64,000 nt of DNA. Source: Ostreococcus lucimarinus. Lineage: Eukaryota. The number at the start of each line of letters is the position of its first letter. Within the stretch, counting starts at the first letter, position 1. The translations under genes and the position numbers were made by a program. The stretch lies in assembly GCA_000092065.1 (NCBI GenBank), contig CP000600.1. One strand, 5' to 3'. The notes beneath the pieces are model-generated. The model did no database searches and had not been told where the DNA came from. It worked only from the letters and a program-made list of their open reading frames with translations. Below, one piece after another: positions 1-12,900 of this stretch.

Positions 1-972
1 TGCGTAGAATATGACTGTGTTTGATCCCGAGAATGCAGCCAGCGCGCACAGCGATAGGCCAAGCGAAAGTGGTAAACGATTTTTGTCGTCTGAAATCAGC
101 TCCGACCACGTCGATAATTTTTGTTCCTTGCGTCTCGAGCGAGACAACTTTGATTTCGCAGGTTTCTCCGCCGCTGAGGACGCGCTAACTTCCGCATCGA
201 TTGACGTCGACGCACTATCGTCGTCGTCTAACGAACGCGAGCTGCTAAACGCGCTTCTTAAAGAATTTTGCCAAGTCACCGCGGCGCGGCCGCGAATGTT
301 CTGCAAAATCGCTAGCGAACGTCGAGATTTCTCCGCCGCCTTTTCATCACTCTGCGTCAGCAGCCAAACCGGAGTCTCTTGCGCCACGAACGCCGCGCCC
401 ACGGCTAGCATGAGCGCCGGTATCGCCGCATCGTAGAAAATCGGTCGCCACCAACCCTCCCCTCCAGTCTCCTTGAGCGGCGCCGCGAGTTGAAACGCCG
501 CCAAACAACCGAAGACGTACGCCAACCTTCGAAATCCGTTCAGCGTCCCCCGCAACGCCGGCGGCGCGATTTCACTGAGATACAGCGGCACAATTTGCGA
601 GCTCGCTCCCACGCCTAGTCCGCATATGAACCTCCCCGCGATCATCGTCACCGCGTTCGGCGCCATCCCGCTCAGCATCGTCCCCAGCGCGAGCGGCGCG
701 CTCGTCGCCGTCAACGCCCACTTCCGCCCGTATTTATCGCTCAGCCCACCCACGGTGAGCCCTCCGATCGCGCCTCCGATCACCAACGCCGACACCACCG
801 CGCCTTTCACGTAGTCATCGTCCGCGAATCCTAAATCTCGCGCCAGCGCGCTCAGCGGCGCGTTGCACGCCGCCGTGTGATACCCAAACAGAAACGCCCC
901 CAGACTCGCCGCGACCGCCGACGGCGCGAGACCCGGCCCGACGTCCGCGCCTCGCCGCGATTCCGTCGTCAT
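1..972 (-). CDS. MFS sugar/hexose transporter, partial; the 3' end lies beyond the window start
   Basis: Continuous minus-strand reading frame from an ATG at 972 down to position 1. It translates to MTTESRRGADVGPGLAPSAVAASLGAFLFGYHTAACNAPLS...GRFICGLGVGASSQIVPLYLSEIAPPALRGTLNG, a typical sugar-porter signature region. It is not in the ORF track because no stop falls inside the window. Confidence 0.75.
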   Translation of the reverse strand, partial: MTTESRRGADVGPGLAPSAVAASLGAFLFGYHTAACNAPLSALARDLGFADDDYVKGAVVSALVIGGAIGGLTVGGLSDKYGRKWALTATSAPLALGTMLSGMAPNAVTMIAGRFICGLGVGASSQIVPLYLSEIAPPALRGTLNGFRRLAYVFGCLAAFQLAAPLKETGGEGWWRPIFYDAAIPALMLAVGAAFVAQETPVWLLTQSDEKAAEKSRRSLAILQNIRGRAAVTWQNSLRSAFSSSRSLDDDDSASTSIDAEVSASSAAEKPAKSKLSRSRRKEQKLSTWSELISDDKNRLPLSLGLSLCALAAFSGSNTVIFYA

Positions 973-1224
973 CCGTCGTTCCGCTTCCAGCGCCGCGAAT
1001 CGTTCGCGCGCGCGCGTCGTCGCGTTTTCCCCATCGTCACCGCCGACGCGCGCGTCGCGCGCCTCGTCGTCTCTCCTCGCGCACCATCGCGCGCCGCGCG
1101 TCGCCGCGCGCCCGCGCGCGCGACGATGCGCGCGATGATGCGCGCGTCGCCGCGCGCGCGCCCCGCCGCCGACGTCGCGCGCGACGCGCCGGGCGTCGGA
1201 CGCGCGCGACGCGCGAGGCGTCAT

Positions 1225-2841
1225 ATGACGACGCTCGCGCGCGCGTTCGCCGTCTCCCGCGCGTCGCTCGCGCCGAGACGCCGGCGCGCGCGCGCGATGG
1301 CGACGCGCGAGGCGTCGTACGACGCGCTCAAGCGCGAGCTCGCGACGCTGAACGACCTGCGCTCGCTCGAGGGGCTCGCGGGATGGGACGAACTCGTGAT
1401 GATGCCGTCGGGCGACGGCGCGGCGAACGCGCGCGCGCGCGCGATGGCGACGCTCGCGGGCGTGATTCACGACAAGGCGACGTCGAAGGCGCTCGGTGCG
1501 CTGATCGAGGCGTGCGATGGGACGCCGCGCGGTAAGGATGGGACGCTGCGCGGTAAGGATGGGGCGAACGTGCGAAGAGCGAAGGAGAGCTACGCGAAGG
1601 CGACGGCGATTCCGAGCGAGATGGCGAAGAAACGAGCGGAGCTCGGCTCGCGCGGGTATCAGACGTGGGTGAAGGCGAGAGAGAGCGGAGAGTACGGCGC
1701 GTTCGCGCCGGTGCTGGAGGAATGGGTGGCGTTGACGAAGGCGCGGTGCGAATTGATCGCGCCGGGCGCGGACGCGTACGACGTCGCGTTGGACGACTAC
1801 GAGCGAGGGATGACTTCGGCGCGACTGCGTGAGATTTTCACCGTAGTGCGCGAGGGCGTGGTGCCGCTGATCGAAAAGGTGTACGCGAAAGATGGTCCAA
1901 AGGCGCTGAGAGGACGCGCGAATCCGCTCAGTGGGACGTTTGACGTCGATAAGCAGGCTGAACTCGCGAGAGACGTCGCGGTTGCTCTGGGATTTGATTT
2001 AACCAAGGGGCGCTTGGACGTCAGCGTGCATCCTTTCACGGGTGGTTGCGGGCCAGATGACGTCAGAATGACAACGAGGTACAAAGCAGATGATTTGCTC
2101 GAAGGTTTGTCAGGATGCGTGCACGAAGCCGGTCACAGCGCGTACGAGCAAGGACGCTCAGTCGACTACCGCGGGCAACCGGTGAGCGAAGCGCACTCGA
2201 TGGGTGTGCACGAATCGCAGTCGCTGCTCTGGGAGCGCATGGTGGCGCTGAGCGAGCCTTTTGCGCATTTCCTTCTCCCAAAGTTACAATCGACGTTTCC
2301 CGGGAGGTTCGATGGCGTCACCGAGGAAGCGCTTTATGCCGGGTACAACGTCGTGAAGAAGCCGAGCGTCATTCGCGTCGAATCCGACGAAGTCACCTAT
2401 CCCATGCATGTTATCCTACGAACGGAATTGGAGATGGATTTGTTGAGCGGTAAAATTACCGTACATGATTTGCCCAAGCTCTGGAACGCGAAGATGAAGG
2501 AATATCTGAACGTTGACATCGAGAACGACAAACAAGGAGTTTTACAAGACGTGCACTGGGGGTCTGGAGCCATCGGCTACTTCCCGACGTACATAATCGG
2601 CCAAATATTGGCGTGTCAAATCTTCAACGCCGCCAAACGCTCGATCGATGATTTGGACGGGCAGATCAAGCGAGGTGAATTCGCCCAACTCTTGGCTTGG
2701 TTGCGCGTCAACGTGCACGAGCGCGGATCAGAGTGCGACAGCGTAGACGAGTTGATGATGAAAGTCACAGGCAAGCCGCTCGATGCGGCAGAATTCGTGA
2801 CTTATTTGACTGAAAAGTACACCAAGCTCTATGATCTTTGA
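1225..2841 (+). CDS. M32 family metallocarboxypeptidase (carboxypeptidase Taq-like)
   Basis: ORF 877..2841. The C-terminal two thirds carry the M32 hallmarks HPFTGG, HEAGH (in CVHEAGHSAYEQG), GVHESQSLLWER and IRVESDEVTYPMHV. The N-terminal 115 codons of the ORF are Arg-rich low complexity. The start was placed at the internal ATG at 1225; the ATG at 1297 is also possible. Confidence 0.8.
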   Translation: MTTLARAFAVSRASLAPRRRRARAMATREASYDALKRELATLNDLRSLEGLAGWDELVMMPSGDGAANARARAMATLAGVIHDKATSKALGALIEACDGTPRGKDGTLRGKDGANVRRAKESYAKATAIPSEMAKKRAELGSRGYQTWVKARESGEYGAFAPVLEEWVALTKARCELIAPGADAYDVALDDYERGMTSARLREIFTVVREGVVPLIEKVYAKDGPKALRGRANPLSGTFDVDKQAELARDVAVALGFDLTKGRLDVSVHPFTGGCGPDDVRMTTRYKADDLLEGLSGCVHEAGHSAYEQGRSVDYRGQPVSEAHSMGVHESQSLLWERMVALSEPFAHFLLPKLQSTFPGRFDGVTEEALYAGYNVVKKPSVIRVESDEVTYPMHVILRTELEMDLLSGKITVHDLPKLWNAKMKEYLNVDIENDKQGVLQDVHWGSGAIGYFPTYIIGQILACQIFNAAKRSIDDLDGQIKRGEFAQLLAWLRVNVHERGSECDSVDELMMKVTGKPLDAAEFVTYLTEKYTKLYDL

Positions 2842-2859
2842 TTGAAATATCTACCTAAC

Positions 2860-3802
2860 CTACGCTAAAAACCTCTTGTGCTCGAGCGTTTTCCTCAGTC
2901 TGTCTGTTTCGGCCGCGAAGCCGGCGATGAACGCATCAAACTCGTCCGCGCCCGATACTATCCTCGAAGGCGGCGGCGGATACTCGTTCGAACTCACCCG
3001 ACGTCGCCGTTGAACATTTGATTTCTGCACCCCGCTCACCGACGCGACCAGATCGCGCATTTCGCGCTCGTGTTTTGCGCGCACCGTCTGCAACTCGTTC
3101 GAGCGCGCCCTTCGTTCCGTCGCGAGCTCCTCCTTGAGCGCGTTGATCTTCTTCGTCTGCCGCTCGCTCTTCGCCTGTAACTTTTTAAGTTCAGTTTCTA
3201 GCTCCTCCACTCGTCGTGTATCGCGCGGTCTCTCCCTCGCGACGACCACTGCCGGATACGAATCCTTCGCGTCGTCGCGAGACACGCGCCGCGACGCCGA
3301 CGCCGACGCCGACGCCTCAATCTCCACCATCCGTCGCATCTCCTCCGCGCGCGCGTCCTCGCCATCACCACTCACGCTCACGCGCACGCATGCGTCCTTC
3401 GCTCTCTCTCGAGCGCCACCACCGATCTCCCGCTCGACGTCGTCCTCGACGACCCTTCGCGTCAAATTCCAACCGACCGCGTCGTCCCTACAAAACCGTC
3501 CCACTCGCCCGCTCGGCGGCGCTCGATCGAACGGCCGCGCCAAACGCGGCGCGGCGTCCGAGCGCGTCGCTCGCAGCATCTCCAGCAGCAACCGCGCGTG
3601 CGCGTTTCTATTCTCCCGCAACGCGCGCACGCGCTCGCGCTGGTCCAGGTGTTGACACCACGCGCGCACGCGAATTCGCGTCGGTTTATCCCGCACCGCG
3701 TCCGCGCGAGCCCGCAGGCATCTCGCCAGTATCGCGTACTCGCGCTCGAGGTCGTCGTCGTCGACGTCCGCCGCGTCCGGCGCGCGCGCGGGCGGCGGCA
3801 TG
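2860..3802 (-). CDS. hypothetical coiled-coil protein
   Basis: Minus-strand ORF 2860..4344. The C-terminal coiled-coil segment is convincing (RVEELETELKKLQAKSERQTKKINALKEELATERRARSNELQTVRAKHEREMRDL). The start was set at the ATG at 3802 (MPPPARAP...) because the upstream part is Arg-rich and antisense to the neighbouring gene. Confidence 0.4.
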
Positions 3803-3885
3803 GAGTGTCCACCGCGCGCGTCGCCGCGCGCGGGTTCGATCGACGCGCGCGGGTTTGAATTTTCGCGATCGAACCTCGGCCAGCG

Positions 3886-3930
3886 GTCGGTCGATCGATC
3901 GATCGATCGAGCGCGCGAGCGATCGATCGC
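3886..3930. repeat. (GATC)n / TCGATCGA palindromic microsatellite in a divergent promoter
   Basis: The string gtcggtcgatcgatcgatcgatcga...gcgatcgatcgc lies between the divergent starts at 3802 and 3934. Confidence 0.85.
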
Positions 3931-3933
3931 ATC

Positions 3934-6900
3934 GTGCGCGCCCCGATGGTGACGCGCGGGAGACCGACGCGCGCGCGCGCGATGGACGCCGAGTCGCGAC
4001 GCGCGATGACGGCGGCGCGACGCCATCGCGCGGCGCGCGCGAGCGCGCGAGCGGACGCGGACGCGCGACGCGCGGATGCGGATGCGAAGGCTGCGCGACG
4101 ACGCGCGCGTGGACGCGCGACGCGAGGGCGCGCGAGGGCGTCGATTCGCGCGACGATCGCCGCGCTCGTGGGTGCGTGCGTCGTGATGTGCGTCCCGCGG
4201 GGTGGGTGCGCGGCGGAGGGCGTCGACGCGCACGGCGCGGTGGCGAAGAGAACGTCGACGAACACGAAGAGCGAGGGTGTTGGCGGGATGTTGAATGAGA
4301 TTAGCGAGCTCGTCGAGCGCCAACGCGCGTTTGAAGATGCACACGAGGGGTGTGAGAACGTGAGACTCGTGTTGCTAGAGGCGCCTAAGCGCGGACGGGT
4401 GTCGATCGCGCTTCGCGATGGGTCGAAGCTTTGGCAAAGGTTTGAGTTTCGAGACGCGGGGGCGCAGACGACGTGCGTGGACCTGAGCGAACCGAACGAT
4501 TTTGAAATCACGACCGCGGGCGCGCGAGGCGACGATGATGAGTATTCCATAAGAGTCGAGAAGGAGACGGGCGACGCGTTGCTGATGCGGCTTGGCGCCG
4601 ATGACGAGAATGGAGAGGCGCACACGACGTACGCGGCGCTCAAGCTGAGGACGGCGTCGGGTAAAAACGTGGGCGTTTTAGGTGATCGGTTCGAGTCATG
4701 CGAAGATGTGGTCGTGGACACCGCATTCGCGCGTCACGCAGGCGTCGCGCGAAGCATGCAGCACCGCTTATTGGATGACAGCGGTGACTTGCTGAGCAAG
4801 TGGACAAGCCACGCGACCGGGCAGAAGAAGATGTGCTTGCTTCGAGGTCGCGATTACACGCTCCATCTAAACGGAGCGATGTCTCGTGGACGTGTCGACG
4901 ACCAGTTGGCCGTGAGAGTCACGCGCGAAGAAGGTGATGAAAGCGACGGGTTTACATACTTGACCACGAGATCACAGGCAATGGTGAATGACAAAAATGA
5001 TGTGTACATCGGTGTGCAAGATGCGACGCAAGATAACATCGATTTGCGCGGCGTTTACCACTTTCATATCCCTTCAGCCTGCGCCATGGATGAAGTTGAG
5101 CTTTCTGTCGTTCTGAAAGCGTCGAAGTACGGTGATAGCGTGCCGCCCGAGGGTATGTCCTGGATAGTCCAGGATGAGGCGGGATCGCTCGTCATGAAAA
5201 CGGCGAAGCGGTTTAGGACACAAGACTACGGTGTCACTCGCCATCAGTCCATGTGCGTTCCGAAGGGCAAGTATGAATTCATTGCCTTTGCGTCCGATAA
5301 GAGAGGTTGGAAGTACGGTACTGAGCTCAAGATTTATCAGCGACTGCAGGGGGGTAAGAGACAGCTGCTCGCCTCGAGAGGGGGCAATGAGGAAGCCAGC
5401 GCCAGGGGTTTCTCGGCTCCTTGGTTTAGCGGCGCGTTGATTTCGGAACCGATTGAGCTCAGCGTTGGAACGGAGCAAAGTGCGGTTGCGAGCCAAGACG
5501 AACCATCGGTGAAAATCGCCTTTCAAGGGCCGAAAGCATTGCTTGGAAATGCTCGCTTTGTTCCTTCTCGTGCGTTGGTTCGCGCCGACGTCATGGCAAT
5601 TATTTCCGCGTGCGTCGCCGTGTGTGCGCTCGTTGCGTTACATAACGACACTAAGGATGGAGATGGAGAGGTGAAAATTTCGCTTGTTGATGGCAAAGCC
5701 AATTCAGCGTACGGCACGGACACTGCTAAGAAGACTGACGTCGGCGAGCATGTGTCAAGATCATCGAGCGGCAAAAGTCACGGTTTGGTCTCAAGATCAA
5801 GTTATCTTAAAATAGTGGCTGTCGGAGCATCGGCGCTTTCGGTCATGGCGATTGGCTCGATTGGATCAGTGCGATTAGATGAAACTTCGCGGCTTGGGAA
5901 TTCGACAGTTCGACAAGCGACGTGCGGTATGGGTGTCACAAAATGTCAATTTGTTCACTCTCCCGACTGTAGGAGTAAGACGATGTACGCGTATCGGAGC
6001 GGGAAATTGGCGCATGATCCTTTGCTCGTGCTCCCTTACGAGAGTAGTATCCTCGATGGATCAAGCATTGCTGCTGAAATAAAGTTTGATGCTAATTTCT
6101 GCGCCGTGCAGGGCATGAAGACGTGCAACGATTTGGGGGACACTTCAGCAGATACACTCACTGGCTGCTCTCAGGCGTGCAGAGCGAAGGATGGTTGTGA
6201 GAGTTTTAGTCTTCAAAGTACGGTGTGTCGTCTTTGCAGCACGGAACATGTCTCTCGTAGCGTAGCTACATCCACTGTTTCGGTCGCGCGTTGCATGCGT
6301 CCGTACCAGTTTGCTTTTCAAGGGGTTTCGCTCGATGAATGCGCAAAGGCTTGCGACGACACCGCTGCGTGTCGTGGCTTCAATTATTTTGAGAGGTCTC
6401 ACGCGATGTCTTCTCACTGCAGTCTCCTACGCGCACCTGCCCATTTCGAGGCACACGTCTGGCGAGATAGCGCGAGGACAAAAAGTGGCATCGTGGGCGC
6501 CGCGACATACTACAAGGTTCCAAGCATGGGCACCTTGTGCAAAGAGCGAGGTGAAGCAGTACAAGCACCTGCGCTTCCTTCCGGTTTAGGAATTGGCGAC
6601 TCCGCGGACGATGCAGTCATCACTTCTCGCGATGGTTATCCGCATGACAACTTTTATGCGGGTGACAAGGGATACCCGAATGACGAGGCACGTCCCCCGA
6701 ATCACGACGACAGCGATTTCGTGGCCGATTTCATGATCACGAGCGAAATTGAATTAATCGGCGTTACGGTCCATAGTCTTGAGAGCAATGACGTCTCGCG
6801 GCGTGCATTTGTTAAGGGATTGGCGATATTCTTCGGCATCACTTCTGATGAAGTTGTGATAATGGACGTGACGCCATCACAAGACGTGGGCACATCGCAT

Positions 6901-9900
6901 GGGGTCCATGTCGCATTCGTCATCTTGACCACGTCGTCACACAAGATGTCGCAAGTCGTGGGAGATATCAAGAGCGTGCTCGATGAACCAAACGATGAGG
7001 TTAGACTTCTGTTTAACGGAGCAGGCTTAACCGTCACGAAAGCCACCTTCCAAGAGCCACCATTGGTTACGGAACAGGAGGCAAGTCCGAGTCCGACGGC
7101 GAGTGACGAACTCGTCACGAATGTCTCGACAACTGTCGAAGGTAAGCCCGTGGCTCCGACGGCAAACACAACTCAAACGCCATCGAACGTCACGGAAAAC
7201 GAACCAGTTGCGACGAATTTGCCGCCGACGAGCATTCCTGGCGCGGATCTTGCGATTACGGGTGCTTTGCAGATCGTGGGATATACTCCCGAGGAGTTCG
7301 ACGCCACTGCGCGAGAGAGATTGCGTCGCTCCATGTTGACATTCTTCATGGCTCACAATGATGACATATCGATCGCTCTGATGCAGAACGCTTCGTTAGT
7401 CGAAGGGACTCAAGTGGCTTACAAAATGAAGGAGAATAATCCTCACAAAGCGACGATCATCGTTGAGGCTTTGTTACTGATGCAAGAGCCTAGCGCGATA
7501 TCAGAAAACTTCCTGCACGTCTTGCACTTTAAAGGATTGACAAACGTGCAAACTTCACTTACAATTGGGCATCCTCGCGTGGTTTTAGAGAAGCACATGC
7601 CGCCACCGCCGCCTTCGCCGCCACCGCCACCAAAGACGATTGTCATGGTGCAGAATATCACCAAGACTATCAACGTTGTTCAGTCTGCACTGGAGTTGAA
7701 GGGCATCAACGTGCAAACTTTCAATGAAGCCAAGAAAGACTTTCTGAAAGCCGGTCTGTCGGAGTTCATGAGCAAGGTTTTACAAAGAACAGTGACATCA
7801 GATTTGATCAGAGTCCTTTCCGTCAGTGGGCAAGGCTATATCAAATACTTTGACACCAATATTGTATCTTCGGGGGACGTCGCACAACTCGGAATTTCGT
7901 CATCCAACGTGAAAGTTAATTACGAAGTCATCGTCGGCGAAGAAGAAGACGCAAAGACGATGGCTCTCTTGAATGAATTATCTGGGGGGACGTCGACCCC
8001 GATTTCACGTGATGTCGACCAGGACGTGTACCCGTCAGAGGCGGATGCATACCCGTCAGAGGCGGATGCATATCCAGCAAGATCTCCCCCCATAGAGAGC
8101 GATGACCAATATCCATCGTCGACGTCCAACTCGGACTCGAGTCTCGTCACGAACGACTTACTTGGTACGCTCTTACTTGATATCAAAGAAAACGGCTTGG
8201 CAGAAGTCGAGGAGATCGAGATAGAAGAGTTGCCCGTCGCGAAGAAGCAAGAAGTCTCGGAGCAAGTTGAAATCGAGGTTCTCGCACCTGAGACTTCGAC
8301 GCCGGTCACGGAAGAGGAAGAACTAACAGATCTCAATGATGATGAGACGATAGAAACCAATTTCTTGAAAGCTCTTGACGAGATCAAGGTTTTATCTAAC
8401 GCATCAGATGCGGAAGTGTACTTGGTGGATAGCGTGCTTCGCATTGATGGTTACGACATGAACACATTTGATGCGGTATCCCGTAACGCCTTTACGGCAG
8501 GTATGGCAAGGTTTTTGGGGATTGCATTCGCGCATGTTCGCATAATCGACGTGACAGTAGTTCACACATCGACCGGTCGACGCTTACTGACGGATTTGCT
8601 CGACGTTGAGTTCGTCGCCGAGTTGCCGACTGAAGAGTCTGCCAACGCTGTGGCTCAAGAAATAACTGATCTCATGGACAGTGAAAATGCAGAAGCAATT
8701 CAGAACGAGCTCATGACTGATCTGCAAGAGGCTGGTCTGGATCAAGTGACGAACGGCGAAATGACGCAAGTACCCGTCATATCAAGTGCATCAAGCGAAC
8801 CATCCAGTCCGGTGCCGGGCGAGACGCCGAACGCGTACCCGACACAGAGCCCCGTGCCGGGCGAGACGCCGAACGCGTATCCGACACAGAGCCCCGTGCC
8901 GGGTGAGGCGCCGAACGCGTACCCGACGTCAAGTCCGAACGCGTATCCGACACAGAGCCCCGTGCCGGGCGAGGCGCCGAACGCATATCCGACACAGAGC
9001 CCCGTGCCGGGCGAGGCGCCGAACGCGTACCCGACGCCCAGTCCGAACGCGTATCCGACACAGAGCCCCGTGCCGGGCGAGGCGCCGAACGCGTATCCGA
9101 CACAGAGCCCCGTGCCGGGCGAGGCGCCGAACGCGTACCCGACGCCCAGTCCGAACGCGTATCCGACACAGAGCCCCGTGCCGGGCGAGGCGCCGAACGC
9201 ATATCCGACACAGAGCCCCGTGCCGGGCGAGACGCCGAACGCGTACCCGACGTCAAGTCCGAACGCGTATCCGACACAGAGCCCCGTGCCGGGCGAGGCG
9301 CCGAACGCATATCCGACACAGAGCCCCGTGCCGGGCGAGGCGCCGAACGCGTACCCGACGCCCAGTCCGAACGCGTATCCGACACAGAGCCCCGTGCCGG
9401 GCGAGGCGCCGAACGCATATCCGACACAGAGCCCCGTGCCGGGCGAGACGCCGAACGCGTACCCGACGTCAAGTCCGAACGCGTATCCGACACAGAGCCC
9501 CGTGCCGGGCGAGGCGCCGAACGCGTACCCGACGCCCAGTCCGAACGCGTATCCGACACAGAGCCCCGTGCCGGGCGAGGCGCCGAACGCGTATCCGACA
9601 CAGAGCCCCGTGCCGGGCGAGGCGCCGAACGCGTACCCGACGCCCAGTCCGAACGCGTATCCGACACAGAGCCCCGTGCCGGGCGAGGCGCCGAACGCAT
9701 ATCCGACACAGAGCCCCGTGCCGGGCGAGACGCCGAACGCGTACCCGACGTCAAGTCCGAACGCGTATCCGACACAGAGCCCCGTGCCGGGCGAGGCGCC
9801 GAACGCATATCCGACACAGAGCCCCGTGCCGGGCGAGACGCCGAACGCGTACCCGACGTCAAGTCCGAACGCGTATCCGACACAGAGCCCCGTGCCGGGC

Positions 9901-12900
9901 GAGGCGCCGAACGCGTATCCGACACAGAGCCCCGTGCCGGGCGAGGCGCCGAACGCGTACCCGACGCCCAGTCCGAACGCGTATCCGACACCGAGCCCCG
10001 TGCCGGGCGAGACGCCGAACGCGTATCCGACACAGAGCCCCGTGCCGGGCGAGGCGCCGAACGCATATCCGACACAGAGCCCCGTGCCGGGCGAGACGCC
10101 GAACGCGTACCCGACGTCAAGTCCGAACGCGTATCCGACACAGAGCCCCGTGCCGGGCGAGGCGCCGAACGCATATCCGACACAGAGCCCCGTGCCGGGC
10201 GAGACGCCGAACGCGTACCCGACGTCAAGTCCGAACGCGTATCCGACACAGAGCCCCGTGCCGGGCGAGGCGCCGAACGCATATCCGACACAGAGCCCCG
10301 TGCCGGGCGAGACGCCGAACGCGTACCCGACGCCCAGTCCGAACGCGTATCCGACACAGAGCCCCGTGCCGGGCGAGGCGCCGAACGCGTATCCGACACA
10401 GAGCCCCGTGCCGGGCGAGGCGCCGAACGCGTACCCGACGCCCAGTCCGAACGCGTATCCGACACAGAGCCCCGTGCCGGGCGAGGCGCCGAACGCGTAT
10501 CCGACACAGAGCCCCGTGCCGGGCGAGGCGCCGAACGCGTACCCGACGCCCAGTCCGAACGCGTATCCGACACAGAGCCCCGTGCCGGGCGAGGCGCCGA
10601 ATGCGTACCCGACGCCCAGTCCGAACGCGTACCCGACGCCCAGTCCGAGTGCGTACCCGACGCCCAGTCCAGAAGGTCCTTGCGAAGCCGTTTGCGCAGC
10701 GTTGAATAGTAAGAGCGGGCCAAACAATACAGCATCATGCGATATTCACTTTGGTTGCGTCTTTGACCACACGCAGATGAGCGGTCAAGGAGCGTGCATC
10801 TCTTTTGCGGCTGGTGGCGACGAACCTTGTCCTTCTCGAGCCGACTGGGATGCTATTGTACCTGGCCAAGACTGCAACACTGAGAACACGCCCACGTGCG
10901 CTCGGTTGTTTTACGGCGATGAATACGACAACGCAGTGGCTGGTACCCTTCCAGAGGACTGGGTCGGCGATTGGAGTGCGGTGCCGACACCAGAACCGTC
11001 AGTGCCTAGCGACAGTCATCCGACAACGGATTCGCATGCGTCTTTCTACCCAGCATCGAGCCCCGTGCCGGGCGAGACGCCGAACGCGTACCCGACGTCA
11101 AGTCCGAACGCGTATGACGTCGGTACGATGTCGTACGAAGAGTACGTGAAGACATACGGGGAGGATTTGGATGAAATTGCGAGCGCGTATCCGACACCGA
11201 GCCCCGTGCCGGGCGAGGCGCCGAACGCGTACCCGACGTCAAGTCCGAACGCGTATCCGACACAGAGCCCCGTGCCGGGCGAGGCGCCGAACGCGTATCC
11301 GACACAGAGCCCCGTGCCGGGTGAGGCGCCGAACGCGTACCCGACGTCAAGTCCGAACGCGTATGACGTCGGTACGATGTCGTACGAAGAGTACGTGAAG
11401 ACATACGGGGAGGATTTGGATGAAATTGCGAGCGCGTATCCGACACCGAGCCCCGTGCCGGGCGAGGCGCCGAACGCGTACCCGACGTCAAGTCCGAACG
11501 CGTATCCGACACAGAGCCCCGTGCCGGGCGAGGCGCCGAACGCGTATCCGACACAGAGCCCCGTGCCGGGTGAGGCGCCGAACGCGTACCCGACGTCAAG
11601 TCCGAACGCGTATGACGTCGGTACGATGTCGTACGAAGAGTACGTGAAGACATACGGGGAGGATTTGGATGAAATTGCGAGCGCGTATCCGACACCGAGC
11701 CCCGTGCCGGGCGAGGCGCCGAACGCGTACCCGACGTCAAGTCCGAACGCGTATCCGACACAGAGCCCCGTGCCGGGCGAGGCGCCGAACGCGTATCCGA
11801 CACAGAGCCCCGTGCCGGGTGAGGCGCCGAACGCGTACCCGACGTCAAGTCCGAACGCGTATCCGACACAGAGCCCCGTGCCGGGCGAGGCGCCGAACGC
11901 ATATCCGACACAGAGCCCCGTGCCGGGCGAGACGCCGAACGCGTACCCGACGTCAAGTCCGAACGCGTATCCGACACAGAGCCCCGTGCCGGGCGAGGCG
12001 CCGAACGCGTATCCGACACAGAGCCCCGTGCCGGGCGAGACGCCGAACGCGTATCCGACACAGAGCCCCGTGCCGGGTAAGGCGCCGAACGCGTACCCGA
12101 CGTCAAGTCCGAACGCGTATCCGACACAGAGCCCCGTGCCGGGCGAGGCGCCGAACGCATATCCGACACAGAGCCCCGTGCCGGGCGAGACGCCGAACGC
12201 GTACCCGACGTCAAGTCCGAACGCGTATCCGACACAGAGCCCCGTGCCGGGCGAGGCGCCGAACGCGTATCCGACACAGAGCCCCGTGCCGGGTGAGACG
12301 CCGAACGCGTACCCGACACCGAGCCCCGTGCCGGGCGAGACGCCGAACGCGTACCCGACACCGAGCCCCGTGCCGGGCGAGACGCCGAACGCATATCCGA
12401 CACCGAGCCCCGTGCCGGGTGAGACGCCGAACGCGTACCCGACACCGAGCCCCGTGCCGGGCGAGGCGCCGAACGCGTACCCGACACAGAGCCCCGTGCC
12501 GGGCGAGGCGCCGAACGCATATCCGACACAGAGCCCCGTGCCGGGCGAGACGCCGAACGCGTACCCGACGTCAAGTCCGAACGCGTATCCGACACAGAGC
12601 CCCGTGCCGGGCGAGACGCCGAACGCGTATCCGACGCCAAGTCCGAGCGCGTTCCCGACACCGAGCCCCGTGCCGGGCGAGACGCCAGCGGTAGGTCCGA
12701 CATATTCCGAACCGATCGCACAAATCGTGTATGAGACAAAGAGTGTGGTTAGACTTGTTGGCTACCACGCAGGCGCATTTGGCGAAACGCAGAGTCGGCT
12801 TTTCAAAGTTGGCATGGCCACATTTTACAAAGTCGCGCCAGAGGACATAAGCATCAGCTCTGTGAAGGATGTCGTCTCGTCGAGTAGTCGACGACTATTG

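Noticed and set aside
11-436. 141-aa plus ORF at the window start
   Set aside because: It lies inside, and antisense to, the well-supported MFS transporter reading frame.
3216-4721. ORFs 3216..4298+, 3462..4721-, 3134..3655+, 4375..4623-
   Set aside because: Arg/Ala/Ser-rich antisense or out-of-frame translations of GC-rich coding DNA. They overlap better-supported genes.
8805-12690. Regular 42-nt repeats considered as a CRISPR-like array
   Set aside because: There are no unique spacers between repeats. The units are contiguous and in-frame coding sequence within a eukaryotic gene.
8742-12739. Several 340-660-aa ORFs on both strands across the tandem arrays (8742..10727-, 8777..10738-, 8786..10705+, 11006..12739-, 11669..12694+)
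   Set aside because: All six frames are open across a perfect 42-nt (3n) repeat. Only the frame continuous with the flanking PAN/Cys-rich domains (3934..13938 +) is meaningful. The others translate to Arg/Gly-rich repeats.
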